Counted from the first letter of the stretch, positions 8,286 through 15,538 are shown. The stretch: 24,023 nt of DNA from Candidatus Iainarchaeum sp. (GCA_030649345.1 JAUSKK010000001.1:1-24023), one strand, 5' to 3'. Numbers and translations are program-made. Notes: generated by a model not told the origin, from the sequence alone.

Positions 8286-9680
8286 TTAAGTAGAAAAAAC
8301 TACTTGAACCAAACTAGGCGTATTGATTCCATCGGAATGCATGAATGCTTTGAATTTGATTTGATTGGAACCCAAAGGAAAGCTAGAGATTACTGAATTG
8401 ATTTCTGTGACTGTATTGGATTGTGTATAAGTTCCATTGGCATTAACCCACGAAGTTCCGTTAAACCAAAGCCAAGTTGTGCCATTGTTGTTGCTTAAAT
8501 TGTATTTAATTTCTGTGCCTGCAGGCTTGGATGCAGTTTCAGAAAATCTTTGAATTGGAAAAGTGATATTTAAGGCTGTATTGGAAATAATGGTTGGATT
8601 GGTTGTAGAATATCCTTGGGCAATCAGAATTTTGAATCCAAAATCATATTGATCCAAAGGCTGGGTAGTTGAACTGGTTGTAAAACGATAGGCAATTCCT
8701 CCAGCATACGGAGTAGGCCAAGCATGTTTGTAACTCCAACTGACATACCCTGAAGTGCCATTGGCACGCAAACGCAAAAAGTATTGAGTATTGGAATTTA
8801 AAGAAATTTCTGGAACAAAATTAAAATATGTCCAAGCAGGAGTTGTTGGAAACTGAGAAGACTGCATGGAAAGCAAGCTACGACCAACGATTGGGCCCAA
8901 CATAGAATTGGATCGAATTTCTACAAACACACTACTCGGATTGGTTGTTCGTCTGCTTAATAAAAGCTGAGCATACGCAACACTAATTGGATTACTAGAA
9001 GTTGTAAATGATTGACCAGGGTCTCCCCAAATTCCAGGAAAAGCAGTTAATGATCCATTGTCTTGAGTTGGAGCGTCAGTGTTTTGAATTACGGTTTGCA
9101 AACCACCAGCTTTCAAATAAGCATTTTGATCAAAATTAATTTGCGCAGGATTAAACGTATACTGCGAAGGATTGCTTAAAGTAAAATAACTTGCAATTCC
9201 GGTTTTAGCAATGTAACCAGTGCATACTCCTTCCGGTGCAAAAGACAAGCCTTCTTTTAAGTATTCAAATTTTATTTTTGCAGAAAAATAACCAGAACCC
9301 AAGGAAACTGGTAAAGAAATATAACGAGTCTGACTTGCATCCCAGTTAATTAAAGGAAATCCTAAAGAAGAATTATTTTGGTCATCTGTTGCAGAAACAT
9401 TTACAGAAGAAAGCTGAACCAATTGAGAGTTTCGAACACTTAAACGAATATTTTCGGAATCAAAAGAATGAGTTTCAATCAAAAAACCTTGAGGATGAGT
9501 ACACGAAATGCTTTGTGTAACTGGCTGAACTGTAACAATCAATACACCCATGGCAACAGCCACTAAAGCCAAAATCCATACATGGGTTAAAAGATATTCA
9601 ACAGCCCCTTGGGCTCTTTTGCTCAAGATTTTTTTAAAAGCTTGTGCTCCTTGGGCTTTCTTAGAAAACAAAAAACGCAT
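8286..9680 (-). CDS. Large type-IV-pilin-like protein with a class III signal peptide (464 aa)
   Basis: The N-terminus is MRFLFSKKAQGAQAFKKILSKRAQGAVEYLLTHVWILALVAVAMGVLIVTV. It has a basic n-region, (K/R)A/QGAVE with Glu at +5 from the putative cleavage site, then a hydrophobic helix, which is the archaeal prepilin (DUF361-like QxxxEYLL) pattern. The remainder is Ser/Thr/Asn-rich with many N-x-S/T sequons. Confidence 0.7.
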   Translation of the reverse strand: MRFLFSKKAQGAQAFKKILSKRAQGAVEYLLTHVWILALVAVAMGVLIVTVQPVTQSISCTHPQGFLIETHSFDSENIRLSVRNSQLVQLSSVNVSATDDQNNSSLGFPLINWDASQTRYISLPVSLGSGYFSAKIKFEYLKEGLSFAPEGVCTGYIAKTGIASYFTLSNPSQYTFNPAQINFDQNAYLKAGGLQTVIQNTDAPTQDNGSLTAFPGIWGDPGQSFTTSSNPISVAYAQLLLSRRTTNPSSVFVEIRSNSMLGPIVGRSLLSMQSSQFPTTPAWTYFNFVPEISLNSNTQYFLRLRANGTSGYVSWSYKHAWPTPYAGGIAYRFTTSSTTQPLDQYDFGFKILIAQGYSTTNPTIISNTALNITFPIQRFSETASKPAGTEIKYNLSNNNGTTWLWFNGTSWVNANGTYTQSNTVTEINSVISSFPLGSNQIKFKAFMHSDGINTPSLVQVVFST

Positions 9681-9683
9681 GGT

Positions 9684-9713
9684 ATTAATTAAACAAAATT
9701 CAAATATTTATAG
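9684..9713. promoter_or_regulatory. Two opposed TATA-like boxes in the 35-bp divergent spacer
   Basis: TTAATTAA (9685-9692) is centred about 27 nt upstream of archease ATG 9716. ATATTTAT (9704-9711) is centred about 27 nt upstream of the minus-strand start at 9680. Neither gene has an SD. Confidence 0.4.
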
Positions 9714-9715
9714 TT

Positions 9716-10147
9716 ATGGAATCCAAATTCAAGTTACTAGAACATGGAGCTGATTACGGAGTGCAAGGCACAGGAAAAACAACAGAAAACGCATTCGAGC
9801 ATTGTGCGGAAGGAATGTTTTCCATTATTGTAGACTTGAAAAAAGTGAAATCCAAAGAAAAAATAAACATTTTAGTTACTGCAAAAAATTTAGAAGAATT
9901 GTTAATCAATTGGTTAAATGAATTATTGTACAAAAGTCATGTCAAACACATGTTGTTTTCAAAATTCAAAATTGAAAAAATTAAAGAAACAAAAAGTGGA
10001 TTTGAATTAAATGGAATTGCAAAAGGAGAAAAAATTAATTCAAAAAAACACGAAATGGCTTTAGAAGTCAAAGGAGCAACCTATACTGGAGTTAAAGTAG
10101 AACAACAAGGAAAAAAATGGATTGCACAATGCGTAGTGGATGTATAA
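9716..10147 (+). CDS. Archease (RtcB activator)
   Basis: 143 aa. FKLLEHGADYGVQGTGKTTENAFEHCAEGMF at the N-terminus and EVKGATYTGVKVEQQGKKWIAQCVVDV at the C-terminus match the archease family. It lies immediately upstream of rtcB. Confidence 0.88.
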   Translation: MESKFKLLEHGADYGVQGTGKTTENAFEHCAEGMFSIIVDLKKVKSKEKINILVTAKNLEELLINWLNELLYKSHVKHMLFSKFKIEKIKETKSGFELNGIAKGEKINSKKHEMALEVKGATYTGVKVEQQGKKWIAQCVVDV

Positions 10148-10177
10148 AAAAAGTACTATCCAATAAAGGTATAAATT

Positions 10178-11623
10178 ATGACAGAAATTAAAAAATTATC
10201 CAATTTTGTTTGGGAAATTCCTAAAGAAAAAGACATGACTGTACCTGCACGTTTATACGTGGATGAAAAAATGAAAAATTTTTTACTAGAAGAAGAAAAA
10301 TCAGACTGGAGTACTTTAGGACAGTTAAAAAATTTAAGCACTTTGCCTGGAATTGAAAAATATGCAATTGCTTTACCAGACTGCCATCCAGGATATGGAG
10401 CACCCATTGGAAGTGTAGTTGCCAATAATTTGGAAAATGGGGTAATTACCTTTGGAACAGTTGGGTTTGATATAAATTGTGGAGTGTACATGATTTCAAC
10501 TCCTTTAAATTTCAAACAATATGAAAAGAAAAAATTTGAATTAGCCAATGAATTATATAAAGTAATTCCAGCAGGTTTAGGAGAAGGCGGAAAAATAAGA
10601 TTAACGAAAAGCGATGTAGAAGAATATTTAGTCAAAGGAGCTGAATTGGCAGTCAAAGAAGGACATGGATTGAAAGCAGATTTAGAATTTTTGGAAGAAA
10701 ATGGAAGAATCAAAGGAGCCAATATTGAAGCTGTCAGCGAAAAAGCCAAAGAAAGAGGAAAACGAGAACTTGGAACTTTGGGTTCAGGCAATCACTATTT
10801 TGAAGTACAATTGGTAGACCAAGTAATGGATGAAAAAACTGCAAAAGCATTTGGCTTATGGAAAGGGCAAGTTGTAGTTATGTTACATTGTGGTTCACGA
10901 GGTTTAGGTCATCAAATTGGAACAGAATATATTCAGTACTTGAATCAAGCCAGTCAAAAATACAATATTCCCATTAAACACAAAGAATTGGTTTGTGCAC
11001 CCATTCAAAGCCAAGAAGGCCAGCAATATTTAAGTGCCATTAATTGCGGAATTAATTATGCTTTTGCAAACAGAATTGTTTTAGCTAATTTGGGAAGGCA
11101 AGCTTTTTCTAAAATTTATGGAATCGAAGAAAAAGAAATTAAGACAGTTTACAATGTAGCTCACAATACTGCTAAAATCGAAAAACACGAAATTGACGGA
11201 AAACATCAAAAAGTCTTGGTGCAACGAAAAGGAAGCACTCGAGCATTTGCGGCTGGATCTAAAGATTTGCCTAAAAAATATCAAAAATTTGGACACCCAG
11301 TTTTGGTTGGTGGAACCATGGGCACGTACAGTTATGTTTTGGTTGGAACCGAAAAAGGAATGCAAGAAACTTTTGGAAGTACAGTCCATGGAGCTGGAAG
11401 AATGTTAAGCCGAGCAAAAGCCATGGGCCAATTTAAAGGAGAAACCATAGTTGAAGAATTAACTAAGAAAGGAATAATTGTGAAAGGACATTCAGTGAAA
11501 GGAATAGCTGAAGAAGCACCGAATGCTTACAAAAGGGTAGAAGATGTAATTCGAATAGTGGAAGGTTCTGGAATCAATAAAGCAGTTGTGCGAACAAAGC
11601 CTTTAATTGTGGTAAAAGGATAG
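10178..11623 (+). CDS. rtcB: RNA-splicing ligase RtcB (3'-phosphate/5'-hydroxyl tRNA ligase)
   Basis: 481 aa with RtcB hallmarks: PDCHPGYG, GFDINCGV, GSGNHYFEVQ, HCGSRGLGHQ, AHN, HGAGR. The length is normal, so there is no intein. Confidence 0.97.
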   Translation: MTEIKKLSNFVWEIPKEKDMTVPARLYVDEKMKNFLLEEEKSDWSTLGQLKNLSTLPGIEKYAIALPDCHPGYGAPIGSVVANNLENGVITFGTVGFDINCGVYMISTPLNFKQYEKKKFELANELYKVIPAGLGEGGKIRLTKSDVEEYLVKGAELAVKEGHGLKADLEFLEENGRIKGANIEAVSEKAKERGKRELGTLGSGNHYFEVQLVDQVMDEKTAKAFGLWKGQVVVMLHCGSRGLGHQIGTEYIQYLNQASQKYNIPIKHKELVCAPIQSQEGQQYLSAINCGINYAFANRIVLANLGRQAFSKIYGIEEKEIKTVYNVAHNTAKIEKHEIDGKHQKVLVQRKGSTRAFAAGSKDLPKKYQKFGHPVLVGGTMGTYSYVLVGTEKGMQETFGSTVHGAGRMLSRAKAMGQFKGETIVEELTKKGIIVKGHSVKGIAEEAPNAYKRVEDVIRIVEGSGINKAVVRTKPLIVVKG

Positions 11624-11680
11624 CTAACAAGCAATTTAAACCAGCCAACGATAACTAATTCACTGGAAATAGGTATAAGT

Positions 11681-11688
11681 ATTTAAAG
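11681..11688 (+). promoter_or_regulatory. TATA-like box (ATTTAAAG) placed for a leaderless transcript
   Basis: It is centred about 26-27 nt upstream of ATG 11711. The same (A/T)TTTAAAG octamer recurs upstream of L3. Confidence 0.4.
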
Positions 11689-11710
11689 ATGTTTGGATAC
11701 TAGTAATTAT

Positions 11711-13111
11711 ATGAATTCACATTTTTGGATCAAATTTTTAGGTTTATTTTTAGCATTCATTTTATTGACCATACCTGTTTTGGGAAGTCATCAAACAGGA
11801 TTAAGAGATAGTTGTGATGGTTTGCATTTGAGATTAAATGCAGTACAAATTGAAGAAGGACAAAGTATCAGAAAAACTTTTTTGTTGCAAAATTTTGCTT
11901 TAGAAAATTTTGCATTAGATTCAGTTCAAGCCTATGATTACAATTCAGGAATTATAGTTTCTGGCGCAGATTACGATCGAATTATTTTAGGCGGAAATAC
12001 TGGATTTTTCTCAGTGCAAATTCAAGCATTGCAAAATACTGATTTAGAAAAAGGCTTGGGATTTATAGATATTTTTGGACACTTTCAATCCGGACAAACA
12101 TGTTCTTTGGATCGGCAAATATTTAATGTAACAATAGTTCAACCCAGATCTTCAACACCCGAATTTAGTTCTGGAACCAATTGTTCAAAATTTTCTTTGC
12201 AAGTCCCTTCCAGAGTTTTAGTTCAACAAAATGGAAGCATCAATTTTACTGCAGAAAATAATTCCAATCAAGCCTACATTGTACACGCACAAGGACAAAA
12301 CGTAGATGTATTGAATTCAGAGGAAACTATTCCCGCCCGCAGTAAAGCTGATTTAAGTGTATTTTACAAAATTCAAAACAATGCAGATACAGGCAGTATT
12401 GTCTGGAATGCAAGCTCTACAGACTGTACAATGCACAATCAAGCAACTGAATTAGTCAATTTATCTAAACCAACCAGCTTAGCTAGTGCTAATGTACAAA
12501 CCAGTCAAACACCACCAATACCCGTGGAAGGACCCATTCAAACTCAAACTACAAGTACTCAAACCAATTCAATTGGAATCCAAATCCAAACTCAAACCAG
12601 CAGCACTACACCAGTCACAAATATTCAAACACCACCAGCACAAAATAGTGGACAAAATTCTGGAGCAATTCAAACAAGTTCAACGGTTGATTTGAAAACT
12701 CAAACAACACGAGATGGAAGCAATTACAAAATTGAAGTTGAATTAAAAAATAATTTTTCGGAGACCATTGAAGGAAATTTAGAAATAGTTATTCCCCAAG
12801 ATTGGAATGTACAAGGTTTGGGTTTGATTAGTTTAAATGCAGGTGAAACCAAAAAAATGGAGATTACAATTATGCCTTCTGCTAATTTTACTCAAAATGT
12901 TTTAGCTGAAGTTAAGTTTTCATTTCCTCAAGGAATGGAACGAATGTTTGTACAATTAACTCCCCTGCAAGCTCAAGCCCAAGGATTGAGTTCTTCCAGT
13001 GTGGCTTTTGCAGTACTGGATGCCAATATGACCTTAGGTTTAATTTTAGCATTAATTATTCTAAGCTGGGCTTTCTGGAATAGATTTCTGAGAAACGAAA
13101 CTACTGCTTAA
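11711..13111 (+). CDS. Hypothetical secreted protein with a Gln/Thr-rich linker and a C-terminal membrane anchor
   Basis: Signal-like N-terminus MNSHFWIKFLGLFLAFILLTIPVLGSHQ. A low-complexity linker QTSQTPPIPVEGPIQTQTTSTQTNSIGIQIQTQTSSTTPVTNIQTPPAQNSGQNSG follows. The C-terminal helix is LGLILALIILSWAFW plus a basic tail, and there are many N-x-S/T sequons. ATG 11711 is preferred over the TTG at 11693 from the ORF track. Confidence 0.7.
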   Translation: MNSHFWIKFLGLFLAFILLTIPVLGSHQTGLRDSCDGLHLRLNAVQIEEGQSIRKTFLLQNFALENFALDSVQAYDYNSGIIVSGADYDRIILGGNTGFFSVQIQALQNTDLEKGLGFIDIFGHFQSGQTCSLDRQIFNVTIVQPRSSTPEFSSGTNCSKFSLQVPSRVLVQQNGSINFTAENNSNQAYIVHAQGQNVDVLNSEETIPARSKADLSVFYKIQNNADTGSIVWNASSTDCTMHNQATELVNLSKPTSLASANVQTSQTPPIPVEGPIQTQTTSTQTNSIGIQIQTQTSSTTPVTNIQTPPAQNSGQNSGAIQTSSTVDLKTQTTRDGSNYKIEVELKNNFSETIEGNLEIVIPQDWNVQGLGLISLNAGETKKMEITIMPSANFTQNVLAEVKFSFPQGMERMFVQLTPLQAQAQGLSSSSVAFAVLDANMTLGLILALIILSWAFWNRFLRNETTA

Positions 13112-13188
13112 GTCAGCCAACCTAAAGCATAATGTCAAGGTTTTTAAACCATTTTACACAATTATAGTATATTGTTGTTAGAGCACAC

Positions 13189-13248
13189 TGTTTATCTGTT
13201 GCAAGATAAACAAATGCCAGTCCCTAATTTATTAGCAGAAAGGCATTT
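13189..13248 (+). other. Two adjacent hairpins in the spacer upstream of L3
   Basis: Hairpin 1: TGTTTATCT (13189-13197) pairs with AGATAAACA (13204-13212), a 9-bp perfect stem with a 6-nt loop. Hairpin 2: AAATGCC (13212-13218) pairs with GGCATTT (13242-13248), enclosing an inner CTAA/TTAG stem. Confidence 0.55.
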
Positions 13249-13285
13249 TAAAGCAGTTTTAAGCCAATTTTACTGCGTTTGTGTG

Positions 13286-13305
13286 TTTTAAAGGCATATT
13301 TAAAG
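13286..13305 (+). promoter_or_regulatory. TATA-like boxes upstream of L3 (start of the S10/spc-type operon)
   Basis: TTTTAAAG (13286-13293) is centred about 29 nt from ATG 13319, which would give a leaderless or very short leader. ATTTAAAG (13298-13305) is centred about 17 nt from it. There is no SD. Confidence 0.45.
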
Positions 13306-13318
13306 GATTGTATATTGT

Positions 13319-14329
13319 ATGGGAAGTAAAAGCAAGCCTAGAGCCGGAAGTATTTCATATTATCCAAGAAAGCGAGCTAGGGCTTTGAAAACTCATTTTA
13401 AAACAATTAAACCTTCCAGCGAAGGACCAGTTAAGCCTATGAATTTTTTAGGATACAAAGTTGGAATGACTCAAGTTTCTGGAACCAATACTCACAAAAA
13501 TGCGGTTAGCTATGGCCAAGTAGTAGTCATGCCAGCAACCATTGTAGAAGTGCCTGCTTTGAAAGTATTTGGATTTCGAGGCTATGGAAAAGACGATGAA
13601 AGATACGGCCAGCATACTTTGTACGAAGAATGGACTTTAGACGCAGCTGACAAAAACATGGACAAAAAAATCAATTCATGGAATGCTGCCATTGAAAACC
13701 ATAAAGATGGAAAAGTTAATGGTGGAAAAAAATTAGAAGAAATTTTATCCGAATTATTAGAAGTACGCTTATTGGCACACACTCAGCCTTATTTGACTAC
13801 AGTTGGAAAAAAGAAACCAGAAATTGTGGAAATTTTATTGTCTGGAAATGTTGCAGACCAAATTAAATATGCCCAGGAAAAAATTGGCAAAGAAATTAAA
13901 GTCAGCGAAGTATTTGCTACCAAAGATTATTTAGACATTAAAGCAGTCACTAAAGGAAAAGGAATTCAAGGACCTGTTCGAAGAATGGGTGTCAAAAAAC
14001 ACAGACCTAAAATGAAAAAATCAAGATATGTTGGAAGTATTGGTCCATGGAATCCAAGCACAGTCATGTGGACTGTTGCCAGAGCAGGACAAACAGGATA
14101 TCATACTCGAACTGAATACAATAAACAAATTTTGTTAATGGATCATATTGCTGAAAAAGTAAATCGAAGCGGTGGATTTGCACATTATGGACAAGTTAAA
14201 AACGAATACTTGGTAGTTGCAGGTTCAGTACAAGGACCCAATAAACGAATTGTTTCTTTGCGACAAGCTGTACGACCTTTACGATCTGCTAAAACACAAT
14301 TAGAAGGAGTCGATTGGATTGCAAAGTAA
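13319..14329 (+). CDS. rpl3: 50S ribosomal protein L3 (uL3)
   Basis: GYKVGMTQV..., VTKGKGIQGPVRRMGVKKHRPKMKKSRYVGSIGPWNPSTVMWTVARAGQTGYHTRTEYNKQIL. 336 aa, typical of archaeal uL3. Confidence 0.97.
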   Translation: MGSKSKPRAGSISYYPRKRARALKTHFKTIKPSSEGPVKPMNFLGYKVGMTQVSGTNTHKNAVSYGQVVVMPATIVEVPALKVFGFRGYGKDDERYGQHTLYEEWTLDAADKNMDKKINSWNAAIENHKDGKVNGGKKLEEILSELLEVRLLAHTQPYLTTVGKKKPEIVEILLSGNVADQIKYAQEKIGKEIKVSEVFATKDYLDIKAVTKGKGIQGPVRRMGVKKHRPKMKKSRYVGSIGPWNPSTVMWTVARAGQTGYHTRTEYNKQILLMDHIAEKVNRSGGFAHYGQVKNEYLVVAGSVQGPNKRIVSLRQAVRPLRSAKTQLEGVDWIAK

Positions 14330-15128
14330 AAATGTTTCTGTTTACGGAATTGACGGCAGCAAAAAAACAAGCATTGCCGTGCCTTCGGTTTTCTTTACAC
14401 CCATTAATGAAAAATTAATTAAGCGTGCAGTATTAAGCACAGAAAGTGCAGAACGACAGCCTAAAGGAAGAAAAAAATTGGCTGGACGAAATTACAGTGC
14501 ACGCTATTATGGACGAAGAAGTCTTCCCAATGATCGAAAATCCATTAACACAGACCGGGCACGATTGCCTAGAAAGAAAAATCGACGAGCCATATTGTCC
14601 GGAGATGTAGCCAATGTTCCTCAAGCAGTCGGAGGCCCAAGAGTTATTGTGCCTAAAGTTCAAAAAATTTTACACGAACGAATTAATAAAAAAGAACGAA
14701 GAGCAGCTTTATTGTCTGCTGTGGCCAGTACTTTGAATTTAGAATGGATTCAAAGAAGACATGTAGTAGATGGAAATATTGAATTGCCTTTTATTGTAGA
14801 AAGCGGATTTGAAGATTTAAATAAAACTCAAAAAGTAATTAATGCATTAAAAGCTTTGAAATTGTACGCAGATATAGAAAGTGCAAAAGGCAAACGAAGA
14901 ACCAAAGCAGGACGAGGAAAAACCCGCGGAAGAAAATTCAAACAAAAGAAAAGCATTTTAATTGTCACAGGCAAACAAGCCAGAGTTTACAAAGCCAGCA
15001 GAAATATTCCAGGCGTAGATATTTGCCCAATTCAAAAATTAAACACACGATTATTGGCTCCAGGAACACAGCCTGGAAGATTGGTTGTATGGAGCGAGAC
15101 AGCCATTAAAGTAATGGAGACTTGGTAA
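14319..15128 (+). CDS. rpl4: 50S ribosomal protein L4 (uL4)
   Basis: The TTG start at 14319 lies 8 nt after GAAGGAGT and overlaps the L3 end by 11 nt. Motifs: VSVYGIDGSKK..., GRKKLAGRNYSARYYGRRS, KAGRGKTRGRKFKQKKSILIV. It holds the conserved L3-L4-L23 position. Confidence 0.93.
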   Translation: MQSKNVSVYGIDGSKKTSIAVPSVFFTPINEKLIKRAVLSTESAERQPKGRKKLAGRNYSARYYGRRSLPNDRKSINTDRARLPRKKNRRAILSGDVANVPQAVGGPRVIVPKVQKILHERINKKERRAALLSAVASTLNLEWIQRRHVVDGNIELPFIVESGFEDLNKTQKVINALKALKLYADIESAKGKRRTKAGRGKTRGRKFKQKKSILIVTGKQARVYKASRNIPGVDICPIQKLNTRLLAPGTQPGRLVVWSETAIKVMETW

Positions 15129-15132
15129 AATG
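15113..15132 (+). repeat. Direct repeat copy 1 (L4 stop / start-codon junction)
   Basis: AATGGAGACTTGGTAAAATG is identical to 15207-15226. Allowing one mismatch, the match extends to 24 of 25 nt (…ATG-R-ATAA). Confidence 0.95.
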
Positions 15133-15222
15133 AATAATAATAGTTTAGAAGGGAAGGGTCAGGATTACCCTAAAACTGGGGAAACCGTAGGTTTCCGCGG
15201 TTTGGAAATGGAGACTTGGTAA
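15130..15222 (+). CDS. 30-codon ORF created by the junction duplication (possible translational relay or micro-protein)
   Basis: ATG 15130 has the same TAA-A-ATG context that L23 has. The ORF reads MNNNSLEGKGQDYPKTGETVGFRGLEMETW and ends at the duplicated L4-type stop (METW-TAA, 15220-15222), which is followed by A-ATG of L23. It is too short for the ORF track and I recognise no homology. Confidence 0.35.
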   Translation: MNNNSLEGKGQDYPKTGETVGFRGLEMETW

Positions 15223-15226
15223 AATG
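15207..15226 (+). repeat. Direct repeat copy 2 (pseudo-L4 end / true L23 start)
   Basis: AATGGAGACTTGGTAAAATG lies 94 bp downstream of copy 1. Confidence 0.95.
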
Positions 15227-15529
15227 GATAAAGCAAAAACATTTCAAAAAAATTTGTCCGTCAGCAGTTTGACAGAATTGGAAATTTTATTGCATCCATT
15301 GGTTAGTGAAAAAGCAGTTCACACCATTGAATCTGAAAACAAAATTGTATTCAATGTCCACAAACAAGCCAGTAAACCTGAAGTGAAAAAAGTATTGGAA
15401 AGCTTGTATCAAGTGAAAGTGGATAAAGTAAATATAGTAAATGATATGAAAGGAAGAAAGAAAGCAATTGTGAAATTGAAAAAAGAATTCAAAGCCAATG
15501 ATTTGGCAACCAGATTAAAAATAATTTAA
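15224..15529 (+). CDS. rpl23: 50S ribosomal protein L23 (uL23)
   Basis: LLHPLVSEKAVHTIESENKIVFNVHKQASKPEVKKVLESLYQVKVDKVNIV...KKAIVKL. It holds the conserved position between L4 and L2. Confidence 0.93.
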   Translation: MDKAKTFQKNLSVSSLTELEILLHPLVSEKAVHTIESENKIVFNVHKQASKPEVKKVLESLYQVKVDKVNIVNDMKGRKKAIVKLKKEFKANDLATRLKII

Positions 15530-15538
15530 TGATTGATT

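Noticed and set aside
10156-10791. 211-aa minus-strand ORF antisense to the 5' part of rtcB. Similar antisense ORFs occur at 19275-19622, 20761-21084, 17990-18289, 249-494 and elsewhere.
   Set aside because: These overlap strongly supported, highly conserved genes on the opposite strand. Their translations are low-complexity Ser/Phe/Leu/Pro-rich, the shadow expected opposite Lys/Glu-rich coding sequence in AT-rich DNA. They have no start context or homology.
12486-12695. 69-aa alternative-frame ORF inside the QT-rich linker region.
   Set aside because: It is an artefact of stop-poor repetitive CAAAC-type sequence and lies inside a longer ORF with coherent signal, linker and anchor architecture.
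15133-15206. The 74-nt L4-L23 insert considered as a tRNA, a tRNA half or a C/D-box sRNA, given its tRNA-like length and higher GC.
   Set aside because: No 7-bp acceptor pairing between its ends is visible. There is no T-arm GTTCRAATC-like sequence, and the 7-nt loop of the GGGT/ACCC stem lacks U33. No RUGAUGA/CUGA box pairs occur on either strand. It is kept as an unclassified element in the findings.
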